64,000 nucleotides of DNA, from positions 3,658,001-3,722,000 of the forward strand of contig OZ193910.1 of the NCBI GenBank assembly GCA_964276515.1, in the 5' to 3' direction. Position 1 is the stretch's first letter; every line of letters starts with the position of its first letter. The notes under the pieces were generated by a model that was not told the DNA's origin, did no database searches, and saw nothing but the letters and a program-made list of their open reading frames with translations. Origin of the DNA: Gordius albopunctatus. Lineage: Eukaryota. Shown here piece by piece: positions 14,801 through 28,538 of this stretch. Made by a program: the position numbers and the translations under genes.

Positions 14801-15224
14801 ATAAAGCCTTTGAAACAGGATTATTTTTGTATTACCTTGCGTACGTTGAGTCATTATTGACTGAGTTTGCTTTATCGGGATTATCCTTATCACTTATATG
14901 GGCAGCTAGGAGATCGGCTAAAGACTTGCTATTATTCACTTGATCTCGGTTCCCGGTCTGAATTTTATTATGAGAAGCCAATTTTTCATGTAGTTTTGAG
15001 GGCTTTGTGCCTTTACGTTTTCTCCTATTGCTTTCCTGCACGGTTGAAGTAGGAGCTTGTAGAGTTTCTGGAATATTGGAATCACTGTGTCCGTTTGTTA
15101 GAAGCATGTCGTTTGTAATAATAGATTTGGGATTTGGAGAATTATTGGGTAAATCAATGCTAGGGTTCGGTGATGGCGATTTTAACTTTTTAAAGTGTGT
15201 TAAACTGGGCTCTGTATCGGCCAT
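2814..15224 (-). CDS. Myt1: Myt1-family (MYT1/MYT1L/ST18-like) CCHHC zinc-finger transcription factor, 12 coding exons, about 1421 aa
   Basis: Phase-consistent GT-AG exons: 15224-14836, 12779-12412, 11827-11440, 8654-8503, 8412-8358, 6318-5164, 5056-4685, 4593-4231, 4148-4086, 4006-3641, 3556-3495, 3346-2814 (total 4266 nt). Four CX4CX4HX7HX5C fingers: [110 protein letters not shown] motif is present. An acceptor at 15310-15311 implies upstream UTR exon(s). Exons without fingers are less certain. Confidence 0.88.
7473..7580. mobile_element. hAT-type MITE family A, internally deleted copy (Myt1 intron)
   Basis: GATGGGCGTAG...CTACGCCCATG ends. Flanks GATATTTT / GATATTTA (7/8 TSD match). Confidence 0.75.
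8846..9779. mobile_element. Non-autonomous TIR element with TA flanks (Tc1/mariner-pogo-like) in Myt1 intron
   Basis: TA|GGGGAAATCGGGGCTA ... TAGCCCCGGTCTTTCC|TA (12/16 inverted match). Internal GGGGCTA/TAGCCCC repeats at about 8867, 9211, 9227 and 9570. Confidence 0.55.
13896..14012. repeat. Two-copy tandem duplication, period 60 bp
   Basis: ACACTTAATTTAGAA...AAAATGTTTGC.TAAG.CCAATA.ACT at 13896 and 13956. Confidence 0.8.
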
Positions 15225-16850
15225 GCGAAAATCGTTGAAAATTCTTTAGTTTGAGTTTTAATAGTAGTAAATGATTCCTTGGGCACGAATAAGTTTTTGC
15301 ATAATTAACCTGATATAAATATTATTATATTTTTTATAATTTTATAACGAACATTTTTAAAATAGTTATTAAGGGTGCACATAGTTAAAATGGAGCTAGG
15401 CGTTATTTTAGTTTGTTTTTTAAAATGTAATGTTGTGTAAAAACTTTCTCAAAATTCCAAGGAAAAACATCATATCAAGTAAAAGCATAACTCTAAAAAG
15501 TTCACTAATCAACAAATAACTTCTTACCGTATATACCTTACCCATTTACGAATGGAGGTATGGGTTGTATAAATACATGCATTCAACACTTTTATCTTAA
15601 GTTAAGGCAAACACCTCACATATTTAGATGGTTAAAATTTAATTTTCACCAAAATTTTAACAATAAAAAGTTGTGGATTTGGATTTAAAATAATGGGAAG
15701 GAACAAAGAAAAGTCTGAATGTAGTTCAAGATTAAAACAAGGGTTGGGGATCACAATGGTGGAAAAGAAGGGGATAAGAAAAATTGAGGGTCGGGGCGAA
15801 TTCAACAGTGTCAGTGTCGCGCTTTTAGGGTCACTGTCGAGCTTTTTTATGGAGAGTTCCCATTTAACTAGTACTAGTAGTGTATAAAATAGTAATACTT
15901 TTAAGGGCACAAAATATATGCCCAAAATCGATTTTTTCCTTCGTATGGGCCTACCCCTCCCTCCCCACTCATTCTTACTTACTTTTTTCCCTATATATTT
16001 ATAATAGGTTTAATCCTTTTCCTCCTCCCGTGTGTTGTTCATGCACTTATCCAACTAATACAGTTTTTTGCTTTTGCAACGTAAAAAACTGATAGAAACA
16101 TTATTCCCGACCTTCAAATAAGATTAAGTCCTCTCCCCATCCTAAGTCCCCTTGCTTCCCTCCATGGGCCCCCCCCCCTTTAACCCTCCCCCCTGGAGGC
16201 CCTGGTGAAAACTGATTGTGCCCTAGTTGTGCAAATTTAAAATTGACTTGGCGCATCCAGTAGATAAGTTCAACATGTATTATCCTTCCCAAAAGTGTTC
16301 CTCTCCCATATATCGACATTTTCCCTTTCGATAAAGTGCTACAAGTGAAGACGAAGGCAGGCGCTTGAACTTGAAATAATTTGGTGGCTGGCGAAAAGTC
16401 GCGCGACATGGGGGGGGGTGGTGGTGACTAAGTTATCATTTTTGGACCGCGGGCGGGGACTTGTAACGAAATCAAAGCTTGTTGTTAGATTAAAAATGTA
16501 TCTCAAAGTTTTCCAATAATATATTAAAGAGCATAATTGCGGACAATTTTACTTAAAACATTGGGTCCATATCATTAAATTATAAGCGAAGGAATAAATC
16601 TAACTCCGATTAATCAAATCCATACTTAGATCAATTATGATCCAATGTAGTGTTTAAGTATATTAAGTCACAATTAATATGTGCTAAAGGGCCTGCACAG
16701 ATGAGTTCAAACCAACCCAATCATCACCTTTTTGGACATTAATATAAATTATCTAGTATTTTTTAGCATTTTCAATGTAGATATTTTTAATAGATGTCAA
16801 AAAAACAATTTTTTGCAAAACTAATTGAAGAAAAAATTATGGATAAATCT

Positions 16851-17013
16851 CATGAGCGTAGCCAGCATTGGAATTAGAGGGGGGGGAAATAATGCTTTAG
16901 GGGGGGGGGCAAAATGATCATTTTTTTACATTTTAGCCATAATTTTAATAAATTTCAACATATTTTTTGGATTTAGAGGGGGGCAGCCGCCCCCCCCCCT
17001 GGCTACGTCCATG
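16851..17013. mobile_element. hAT-type MITE family A
   Basis: CATGAGCGTAGCCA ... TGGCTACGTCCATG. TSD ATAAATCT/AGAAATCT. Confidence 0.85.
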
Positions 17014-20000
17014 AGAAATCTAGTTCATTTTTGACAGTAGACACGATTACAAGATTTTTCGTAACCTTGTGACTCATCATACCATCAGCCAAACACGCAG
17101 TAATTTGTGGATTTTGGGCGTGGGATGAGAGTTATGACAGAAGCGACGCTTAATAAAATAATTTCGTCCAAAACTTCCGACCTAGTGGCCAAGCGTCCTC
17201 CCTACCCCTGAAAAGAAAAGTATAATTGTCCGTATGTGTGTGTATAATGTTTAAAGGGGCTAAATTATTGATTTTTTAATTTTTGGGCAGCCCAATTCCA
17301 CCCCCTCATTTGGTTCAATTTTAGGCGACGCTTCCTTTAGACAAGCACAAACAAGGCATTACAACATTGAATAACTCAGAAAGTCATTAATGATAATTCT
17401 TGTTATTTTGTGGACAATGGTGGGTTTCGAAATTGTCATAGCCAAGCATAAGATAGTTTCTTAGCTATGTCATCTGTCATAGCCCATGGTCAAGGTTATA
17501 TTACTATGCATTTAGGTTGGATTCATATGTATGATTAGGATGATTTTTTATGAACTGTAACGTGAGAATCATTTTTAAATTTAAGTATTTCTTAGATTGA
17601 TTATTATCTAGAATGCTATAATTTATTTATAATAGACTATGTCCCATTTATAAATTTATATTTAAATTATAAAAATATTAGTGCACCTAAGCTGCCCCAC
17701 CCTACCTTGGTCTAGCAATCCCAATGTTAGTTATAATATTAATAACCCATTCAAGAACGATAATTTTTTTCTCGTGAAATATTTTATATAAAATTCTCAC
17801 ATTTCTGTAAAAAGTATTTTTTCAAAAAATTCGCATTTACTTAGAAAAAGTTAAACCCCTCGATTTCACATGTCACCTTTAATATTTTGTTGGGCATAAT
17901 ACTAAGATCGACACGCATGTTAGTGTGAACTACGACTGGGGAATAATCAATTCTAAATTGTAGTAGTATCAAGAAAATGGAAGGTGATCGAGGTAATTTA
18001 AGTATCTGAAATAAAGGAATCAATTACAACAGACCTCCCCCCCCCCCCACACCCTTGTTCCAACTTGCTAATGCACTTTCACCCTCCTAAAAACGCGTAG
18101 GTAAATCTAGACTTAGGCTCTAAGGGGTGATTTTTCCTTCTCTCCAGCCCCCCGGCCCCTACCTCTTTTAAATCCATTTCAAAGACCTCATTACTACCAC
18201 ACCTTTCCCTAGGGTTTCTGGGAGCTAATGTCTACATAATCCTACCAAAATTCGTCCTTCTCTTTAAATATTCATGGCGCAGGACACAGCGGAGGGAGTG
18301 CTGGCTCTGCTGATCGTGACAATGAAAGCGAAACGCGAAAGCGAAGCAAAAACAGCAGCTAAATAGGGGTGCTTTTTAGGATACAATCTTAATCAGTATA
18401 TGTCCAATATATAAATATGTATATGCATTAGGCGCAATTTATTAAAACAAAAAATTGTCTAGCTACCTCCACCCCCCGCCGTGTCATAGGTCGTATTCCA
18501 ATCGCTTTTAATGATAACGCTTCGGGCTTGAAGACCGTGTGGGGGGGGGGATAAAGTTAAATTTATGCTTTAAAATCAATAATTTTTATATTCTTGTTTT
18601 TCTTCATATACTTATTTATCGAGTTACCTACTACAAACCAATATCTTTCAACATAGTGTAATGACTTTTAATGACCAATTATTGATAAAGGGCCCCGAAG
18701 TATTGATTTACTTGATTAGAAAATTAATTATTTTTCTGAATATTATTAAGTTCACGCAATTTTGATATTCAAATTATTGTGTTTAGTTGAGGGGAGGGGG
18801 ACTGGAAACTTCAGGGACAGAATTAAAGCGTCTTCCCCCGCCCCTGATCTGTTTAAATCCAGTTCCCAATATCGGTCTAAAATTTTTTGTCATTATTTTT
18901 TTACCCAATTTTTTTGTATTTTACGCTAGCACAGAAAATAAGAAATTTTTATAAAATTTATACAATATCAAAATTAATGACATTTATAATTCGGTTGTTC
19001 TTAGGCCAGTTTTTTGTTATAAAAAATTTCAAAGTATACTCCTGATAGGTATAGCATTGGGGGCGTGAGCTATAAGAAAATTTAAAACAAAAATGCAAAT
19101 AGTTCTATGCAAAATATCAAAGATGAGTGAAATTTAAATTTTATTTTTATAAACATTACCTGTTTTAAATGAAAATTTAATATTCCTGCTATTTAACTGA
19201 ATAGTTTGGAAGAGATAGATAATACCAGAATTTCTTAAAAATTGTATATATTGGCTTAAATTTTAACAAATTATTATCATTTTTCCCCTTCCTAATAAAT
19301 TATTGTCTCATCTAGTTCTAATCCTGGCTACGCTGCTGAATATTCCGATGTTGGATTTTAGCCCAAATACGTCATTAAGTGATGCAATCGCCTTATAATT
19401 ATCCATTATACTGTTCTTAAAAGATAACGTGACACGGACACCACCTGCATTATAAATAAAAAATCCTGCTGTTAAATTCAGTCTCGAGATTTTTCGAAGA
19501 AGAGACATTATTTTTGCATGCAAACACTATAATAGCATTAAATATGTATGAGACTTCAAATTCTATATGGATTGCTTTCGCAACAAATAATTTTAGAATG
19601 AGGAGAGTACTAATATAAGATGTCATAAATAAGATAACCCGTTTTCAAATTTTTATAATAATTTCAAACGCTTAGCTAAAAGGTTTTTTGATCTTAAAAG
19701 CTAGTCACCTATAAAGGACTTTGTGAGCTATAGATAAATTGCTGAAAAGGATTTAGTGACCTACCGAGAGTCAGGCTTAATACAATTTTATGAATATATT
19801 TTAAAATAATATCAAAACAACACTAACCCAATAAATTGGTAATGGTAAAAAAGTATTATATAAATTATCGGATGTTTATCTAATTTAAGTTCAAGTTAAA
19901 TTGCGTCACCTTAGTTATCCACAACTTGTTTTGTTGCTCTACTAATTTTTTGTTAAACTAAAGAAATATCATTAATAATTGATTAATATATTTGTCAAAC

Positions 20001-22630
20001 GAATAGGACGAAACAATTCTTGGAACATTTAAGATTTAACTTTTAGCAAACCAAACTACATCAGCAGCCCATGATAAATTAATAAAATCCCTTTATTTCA
20101 CATAATTAAAGAAATTGTCGGTAAAAATTAAATCTAATATACCATGTTTGCCCATACTTGAATTTTTATCCGACTTTTTGCCACCCCTGTCCTTTAACTT
20201 AATATTCAATTTTTACAAATGTTAATTCTTTAATATATATAAATTGAAGCATCAATTACAAAATATAAATTAACAATTAAACCTGATGAATTCCTTTATA
20301 TTTTTCTCTTTGAATAAAAATGAAAAACTGATGAAAAAGTAAAAATCAGTAAGATTAAGCGGAATTGCATTCTTGCCATGCAAATACCGCAACGTTCTTC
20401 AAACAAGTTTTGTTTGAACAAATGAAATTGTACAAAATCTTTGCTACAATTTGCCCACGGATATAATTAAGCCTGTGCCATGCACTTCAAATAGTATATA
20501 ATTAGTTAATAAGCCTAAATTATGGCAATATTATTTAATAGAATATTTGAAAACCAATCATAGTTTGGTTACGGATAATTTTTTAAATTTAAAAAATATA
20601 TTTGGGCGGGGCTTAAAATGTTTACTTATATGCCTCTAAAAATTGTTTAAACTCTTATTGTCAACACTCTATTTTATACCCAAATCTCTTTAAGACTCAT
20701 ATAATTGTTCATGTTGCACATTAAATCGCCCTAAATAATCCCAAAAATATTCAAATCCTTAATTATATTTACTAATTGCTTTTAGAACTTAGCCATTTAT
20801 ATCCAAACTCATACCAACGAGTGCAATTTATAAGGCTCAATCTGTCCTTCTGACTTAGGAGGAACATCACTCATCCGATTCCGATCGAATCCATACAACT
20901 TCAAATTAATCACCGTTTTTGGCCACTAAGCCAAGTGACTAATTTTGAATCAATACATACAAAGTGTCAAAGAGGAGGTAATAGTGAAGGAGGGCGGGCC
21001 CTGTCAAGATGAGGTGTAAAAGTCTTTTTATCTCCTTAAAGGTAACAAGGGTATAGGGGAAGAATTAAAAAATAAGTAAAAAAGCTAAGAGGGGGGGGGG
21101 GGGTCCTGGTGGGTAGGACGTTGTGAAAAGAGATTTTGAAATGTAAAATTATTGATTTTTCATCAATTATATTCAGGTGACACAAGAGAGATGGAGCGCG
21201 CGCATCCTTTCAGGTAAGATTGGGGTCTACTTTGCCCCCAATTTAAGTCCCTATCTCTCCCCCCCTATCCCGTTCCCCGCCTTCCCGTTTTAATAACTTA
21301 GCCCTGTCTTCTTTGTACCTTACTACCTCTACCCTAATATATATGAATTTATATTAAGTTGCGGCTAAGTAAAATCACTTAGCATTATTAAAGCCACCTT
21401 ACTTTGTGCCAATTGGCTGCCTTGTCGCGCGTCGAGATAAAACGGTGAAATTAGGTCGAAAAGGACACGTTGGGCAGGTGATTTAAGAGTTTGCAAAGGC
21501 TTTCGAGTTAACTGCAATTTTACCCCCATTTAACGAGAAAAACACAAAATTCATTGATGCCCCCCCCCCGTTAATTTAAATAAATTTTTTTTGGGGGGGG
21601 AGTAGGTTTAAATTAGAATTTTCGAAGGAATTTAGCAAAAACTTTTAGGGCACGATTGGTTAGAATAACAAGGATGAGTTTTGATGTAACGCGCTATAAA
21701 TTAGATCTGGGACAAGTGTTAATTAAAAATTTAAGTTATACTCTAGTTTTCGCATTACTTGAGGAAATCCGATTAAAGAAACCTTCTTTAACCCCTCTGC
21801 CCCTCTCTTCACCCCCCCCCCCACGCCTTTACACTTATATTAAGCTTAGGGCTCGGGGTTTAAGTTATAACGAGAAGCCTTAAAACATTAAGTAGAGGGA
21901 TTCAAATTTTTAATTTAAAAGCTGACCCCAAAATATACATCTCTCTGCCTGATTTATTAAGGTAAAAATTGGGCACGATAGGTGAATTAGTAAAACTTAA
22001 TAATTCCCCTCCTTCCCCCTCAGTCTCTAATTGAGTGTAAATTAATTTTACCCATACCAGAGGCCCATGGCTGACCCAATTCATTATTGAATGTATAAAC
22101 CGATGATGATCGGGCAATGTGTGTTCTATACTACTGAAGACACTAATTTGTTTCAACAAAAAAATTATTTTTTTCTAGCCCCCCCCCCCTAGCACGTTAA
22201 TAAACTTATTTATTCTATACCCCTCAAACCCGACCCGCCCTGGTTAGCCCACAAAAGTTATTGATTTTTAAATTTTCATATTTTCTCCATAATCCAGCAC
22301 GAAATCTCGTCCTACTTTAAATTCCTCGTTAAATTGTACAAAGAGAAATGTCCCCTACCTTTAATACATAGCACACACATGTATCTTGACAATATTGAAA
22401 TCACAGGGGCCGCCGCCGGTCCATAGTAAATGGCGCAACTCATTTAGTTCATAAACAAAGTTTATGGGACAAAACCAATAAAAGCAATAACCTCGTTAAA
22501 CCTAATTTGTGGAAAATAGTTCATTAAATTTTCTATCAATTGCTTACAATTTAAATGGGTCATATACGTGTCCTAGCCAACCTTTAAAAAAGATCTCCTA
22601 ACCCAAAGGGTTTAATTAATAATATTAGGA

Positions 22631-22777
22631 AGCCAGCCTTGGGATTAGAAAGGGGCGATAATGTGATCATTTTTTGAAATTTTCGTCATATGTTTAATAA
22701 ATTTCAACAAATTTTTGGATTTAGAAGGGGGCAGCTTCCCCACCCTGCCCCCCCCCCCCACCTTGGCTACGCCCACG
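22631..22777. mobile_element. hAT-type MITE family A (one end truncated)
   Basis: Same internal sequence (AATTTCAACAAATTTTTGGATTTAG). Right TIR TGGCTACGCCCACG. Confidence 0.75.
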
Positions 22778-24930
22778 TTAGAAAGATACTTTTGTTGATA
22801 GGATCAAGGAAATGCTAGCTAATCCGTAGCGTTAAGGTTATAATATATATTTTCAATTATTTACCCCTGGTCTAGGCGCGAAGTTGTTTACCAATTAAAT
22901 GTAAAGTAAGTATTAACGAATCACTATAGGAAATTAAACTTTTTGTAAATTCAATAAAGCATATTTTTTCAAAACAAATCATTATTATCATTATATACTT
23001 TTTTGAATAACTTTTTAAATCCATCTAATTATAAGAGGCTATTTGCTATTCCTAAACCCCGACCTTTAATACAATAATAGAGCAATTAGCAATAATTTTA
23101 GAATTCAACTTAAGAATCTTGGGCAAAAAGGTAAACTTTTTAATTATCGCCCTAAGTATCTTAACATTTATTGCTTAAAGTAACGACATATATTACATTA
23201 GAAGTCTAATTGTTTCATTAGAATTTATAGAAATCTACTAAAGCTTGCAAACGCTATTATAGCATACCTAATATTATACATTTAAAATTTAGAAGTCAAA
23301 ATACACTTTGTTATGCTAAGAGTGCAAGGCCATCTGCCATCACTAACACCTCAAATAAATGTCCGTATAAATAAGCTTAGCGTCCTGGCTTCACTTTGTC
23401 CCAGTCGCCAACGTTTAATTTCGGGAAAGACGAGAAAAGAGAAGAGTTACTTTATTGCAACATATATGACGCAGGTCGTAGTTAATTATTTTTTTCGCAA
23501 AAAATTTCAAAGTTTTTGGAATAAAACTTGTATATTATATTGATAGATATAATAAGATAAATTAAAATAGAGCTAATTTTATAGCAAAAAGTAATTTTGA
23601 AAAAATAAGTTAAACTTCTTAATATATAAAAATTAGTTCTAAATGTTATTGAATTCATTAAAAACAAAATTGTCGAGCATTTAAGAAGACACTACTCTTT
23701 AAATGTTTTAGAAAAATGTTAAGTCAAATTTAAAATTACTCAATATTAGTTATTAAGAATCTGGATTTGATTATCATGATCCTTCAATTAAAATAATTGA
23801 TAAGTTAATATGTACATTATTTAATCTATCTTTGATTTTTTTAATGTATATAAATATAAAATTTTATCATAATTAAATATGTGGTAACAAATGTCGTATA
23901 TTAAGAGGAATCAAATCATTTACCTTGTAAAACATAACCATACATCGTCTCCATATAAAACGACCGGGTGCTTCTTAAGATTTTCGATAAAAGTTAATTT
24001 TTATCAAATTGAGAACTTTGCGCAAAGGAGATTTTTACGAAATGGTGTTAGTAATTGTAAAATTTATTTTATTGATACGAGAAAGTGGGGGGGGGGGAGA
24101 AAAAGAGTAAGTGATTAAGTTCAGACAACTATTGAACAATACTTATTCTTTGACCAGGATATATATATATAGCAAACTCGCATAATGAAAATCAAGTTGA
24201 GTGAAGTACTAGGATTTTAATGGGGTAAGGTGGGTAGGCAGGGGGTGGGCGGTTCACTGTTGTTGTGTATTTTAAAACATCATTATTTTTGACATTTTTA
24301 AAAATCAATAAGTCAGTCAAAGTATTTATTTACACCCCTGAACTTCAAAGCTATTACACGGAACCGATCATGGCATAGCATAGTGTAGGTGGGGTGCAAG
24401 AATCGAATGGGCGTTTCTCGGGGTAAATTAAAATTTATACTATTTCATGCACAGTTATACTTTGTGTCGTGTATGACCCATATAGTCGAGGTCGGACAAA
24501 AAAAGTAGGGGTAATGTTCAACTCGCCCCCCCCCCCTCCCACTTTGGTGGCGGTACATTAAATTAACAGAGGGGCAGAGGGAATATGAAAAAATGAAGGT
24601 GTCAGATCGGGGGAGAGGAGTCTGTTTGGAAGGTAGAGTTAGTTTAAGTGACGCCTTTTAACACCTGTCACCATTATCATCAGTAAAACACTAGTATATA
24701 ATGTTTACGATAGAGTCGTGTGCATTAATTCATATAAAAGTATATAATACATGTAATTTGGGGGAGTGAAAATGGATAAGAAGAGTGCCCGATTTTGCAA
24801 ATACTAATTTATACAGTTGCGGATGAAATGGGTGGTCCAGCGCAATATAGTGATCTTTTAACCAGAATGGCGCTTGGATTCTGTGCCCCTTAAAACTATT
24901 AGCTTTGGGTCATTGAAAATAGAAATGTTA

Positions 24931-25099
24931 ATTTGCGTAGCCAAGGGAGGGGGGGGGGGGCAGGGAAGATTGTCCCCTTCTAAATCCAAAAATTTGTTGA
25001 AATTTTTTAAATTAAAGTTAAAATTTCAAAAAATGATCATTTTGCCCCTCCCTAGATCATTATTGCCCCCCTCTAATTCCAATGCTGGCTAGGCCCATT
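24931..25099. mobile_element. hAT-type MITE family A (opposite orientation)
   Basis: GCGTAGCCA...CTAAATCCAAAAATTTGTTGAAA...TGGCTAGGCCCAT. Confidence 0.8.
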
Positions 25100-25648
25100 G
25101 AAATTCCTAATTCATCTAAGATTTAGCGTAAAATTCATTTATTATGAACACCAGAATCTTGTTCTTTATCCTAATCGACCTTTGTATGTTTGAAAACTTT
25201 ATTTTTTTATACCATTTATATTAAAATTTGCAAAAATGTTGTTTCTAAAAATAGAATTGAATAAAGTGGGCATGTAGGCAGGCTAGGTCCCGGTAATTGT
25301 AATATTTTAAAGAAATGGAGTTTATATGTGGATCTTATGAAGTTCAAAACATTTTTCACCTGCCTAATAAATGGTAGGTGGCGTTAAAAAGTCAACCGCG
25401 CGTGTCACACCCCACAATATAATAACGACAAAAGTAAAGGTGTTTCGCTTCTAATCATTCCTACATGGAAAAGTTTTATGGCACGCGACAGGTTGGAGAC
25501 ACGTGTCCACTTCCCCTACCCCCCTTTTTCACTTGTTTTACATTATTAAAAAAAATATAGATGAAAACTAAAACTTTTACGAGGGTGTAGTAGCTCGTGA
25601 AAAGTTTAGTAATTATATAATGAAGTCACAACGGCACTATTTGACTCA

Positions 25649-25816
25649 CATGGGCGTAGCCAAGTAGGGGGCAGGGAGGGGTGGGTGCCCCTCTAAATCC
25701 AAAAAATTGTTAAAAATTATTAAAGTTATGGCTAAAATATAGAAAAATAATAATTTTTCCCTTCCCCTAAATCATTCCCCCCCCCCCCTCTAATTCCAAT
25801 GCTTGCTACGCCCATG
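25649..25816. mobile_element. hAT-type MITE family A
   Basis: CATGGGCGTAGCCA ... TTGCTACGCCCATG with the family's internal sequence. Confidence 0.85.
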
Positions 25817-27029
25817 CTGATACATATAAGAAGTGCACTTTATAAAACCAAAGTCCTTTATGGATTGTAACCATTTAAATAATAAATCTTATTTAAAGGT
25901 AGATTAATCTTAGAAGCAAAAATATGTGATCATTCCTAAGGTAAGATACTATTATTTCACGGTTAGTAAACAGCCTATATTTGAAACTTAATGAAATTTA
26001 TATTTAATATTTTTATTGGCGGAGAATTTTTACTAAAGTTTTAACATATGTTAAGATTTTGTAGACTTTTAGACATTGCCGACTTTCTTTGTTCTTTGAA
26101 TTGATTGTCAAGCAAAGGGCTTGCTTTCCGTAGTACTGTTTCATTAAACTCATTCAACGCCAAAAAGGACAGTTGAAATGACACTTAATTTACAACTAAA
26201 GCAACGCGCTCTCTCGTCTTCTTCGGCCAGGCATATAATACCCCCACACTCTTTAAGGACATCTGGCGCGTGGCACACTTGCTTTATGCTACTACTCTAC
26301 TCTGGCAAACTCCGTTGCCAGCCGTACATTACAACATCATTATACAATATATACTGTAGGGAGAGATATAGATTTCTAAGTTTTTTGAACCCCTTTATTT
26401 TATCCTACCCTAAAAGTAAGGCTGCTGATTGGGATGGGGGAGTGGGGGGGGGGGGTAATATGTCCTTTAAAGTAAGAGGTCCTCACCCTCCTTTAGTAAG
26501 GTCATACGGCACATGGGACACCTGTTAGACTCGCAGGGCCTTCGACAAAAGTGTAATTTATGTAGAACAAAACAAACGTCCCTAATAAAAACATTATTTA
26601 TTATCTGACATAATCTAAATGATTTTAATTAGACTTTACTAAAGCGATAAGAAAGTATCCTAGTGTATATAATATTTCGCTAAAGAGTATTATTAACTAG
26701 ATAGTGGTATTGACCTATTTAATGATAAAACTAATATACATTATGACAATGTTGAATCAGACACATGGCAGAGTTTGAGAGAGATGGTAAAATCCTTGCT
26801 TAACATTATGCTTATTATTATATACTATGGTTGAATTAAATAACGCTTTAGTCTTAATTACACACTTAAAAGGTCATTCGACTCCTTTGCTTAGTTAGAC
26901 CACCAAGGCACACTTTGGCAATAGTTTATTCAATTTTGCGATAAGTCTTATATAAGAATCTGTATCTGGCACAGTCTAATTACAAATGCATTGAAGTAAT
27001 AACCAGGATTAAGAATGTGTAACAATATA

Positions 27030-27164
27030 GATGGGCATAGCCAAGGGGGGGAGCTACCCCCCTCTAAATCCAAAAAAATTGTTGGAATTTATTGAGATTA
27101 TGGCTAAAATGTCAAAAAATTATCAATGCCCCCCTCCTAAATTCCAATGCTGGCTACGCCAATG
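27030..27164. mobile_element. hAT-type MITE family A
   Basis: GATGGGCATAGCCA ... TGGCTACGCCAATG. Flanks ACAATATA/ATTATATA. Confidence 0.8.
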
Positions 27165-27246
27165 ATTATATAGAAGGACAAAATGGCGATTATATGAAAA
27201 GATAATCATATTTTTGTTAAATATAAAGGAGGGGGGAAGTTTGCCC

Positions 27247-28212
27247 CAGGGGTTTGAACCCGCCCCAAAATAAAATCGGGTTCGTGTTCGTTTTAAGGAA
27301 TTGGGTTCGGGTTCAAGAAATTATATATTATACTAATAATACATTTTTACCTCCAAAAAATTATTGAATAGTTAACTTAATTTTTAAATAGTACCTAATT
27401 AAATTCACATACCAATTATTTCATCTCATTGTGCATATGTATTTATTAAATTTTTAATGTTCTAATTTATTTTTGGATTAAAAAGCAATAAAAATATAAT
27501 TAATAAAAGCCATAACATATTCTAAATTACACAAAAATATTTTCATTCAACGTATAATTCACATCATGAAATATAAATACAGTTGACACATAAATTATGT
27601 ATATGATTTTGATATATTATTTAATCTTACAATTAAAACATCTTCTAATATTTGATCAGTCATTTGTGATCGATAATTTGATAGAATAAATTTCAACGAC
27701 GAAAAAGCTCTTTCCACGCTAACTTGGGTAGGTGGAACAGCTAATACAACCTGGGCTAACTGATAAATCTTGGGATGTTCATGTTTTTTCTCCCAAAATT
27801 CTGATAAGTTCTCATCTCGTCCAATTTTATTCTGATCCAAGAACAATGTCAAGAGAGAACCTATACTTTTTCCTGCACTTTTAACATTTTCCATATTAAT
27901 AGTTTTACTTTGTTATTTCATTCTTAAAAGCTTCTCAAGCTTATCCGTTTTATCAGGCAATGATGATAATCGTACTTTATCACTAGAATCATTACAGCCA
28001 TTATTTAATACCTCCAACTTCCCCCAAATTTTTAGTAAATGTATTTATTCAATTCACAATATATTCTTGAATTAAAAACCTGAACCCTTTTTTGTATTCA
28101 TCGGGTTCGGGTTCGGATTTTAGGGGAATTTTTGAAAATGGGTTCGGGTTCAGTAAAACATCGGATTTTACCCGGTTCGGGTTCAGGGGTTTGGGTTCGG
28201 GACAAACCCCTG
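27247..28212 (-). mobile_element. Internally deleted hAT transposon retaining the transposase C-terminal dimerization domain
   Basis: TIR CAGGGGTTTG/CAAACCCCTG. Perfect 8-bp TSD GTTTGCCC at 27239-27246 and 28213-28220. Subterminal GGGTTC repeats. ORF 27595-27894 contains FWEKK...LAQVVLAVPPTQVSVERAFSSLKFI...RSQM (hATC motif). Confidence 0.93.
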
Positions 28213-28538
28213 GTTTGCCCTTTCCTTTTGCTGTCTCAATGTATCAGTAGGTTATAATACAATACCATCACAACCTAATTATTACTGAACTTCTATATGT
28301 TAGCAACAATTTAAACATTTGGATAAAGTCTTAAAAATATTTGGCGCTAAACTTAGTTCCTAATCAGTTAAAAAAATTTAATATAAATTTTTGTATAGGA
28401 GTGTTAGCGCGTCAGTCATAACTTCTGACATTTGTCAATATAACTTTGTCTACTCCACGGAAGTGATATATGTATCATGAGTAGTAAAACTCACATTTAC
28501 TAATTATAAATTTCTATGTAAATATTTGATATTTTGAT

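Noticed and set aside
2776..15249. Plus-strand ORFs overlapping Myt1 exons (2776, 3503, 6142, 12510, 15007)
   Set aside because: These are antisense shadows of real exons with no recognisable protein motifs.
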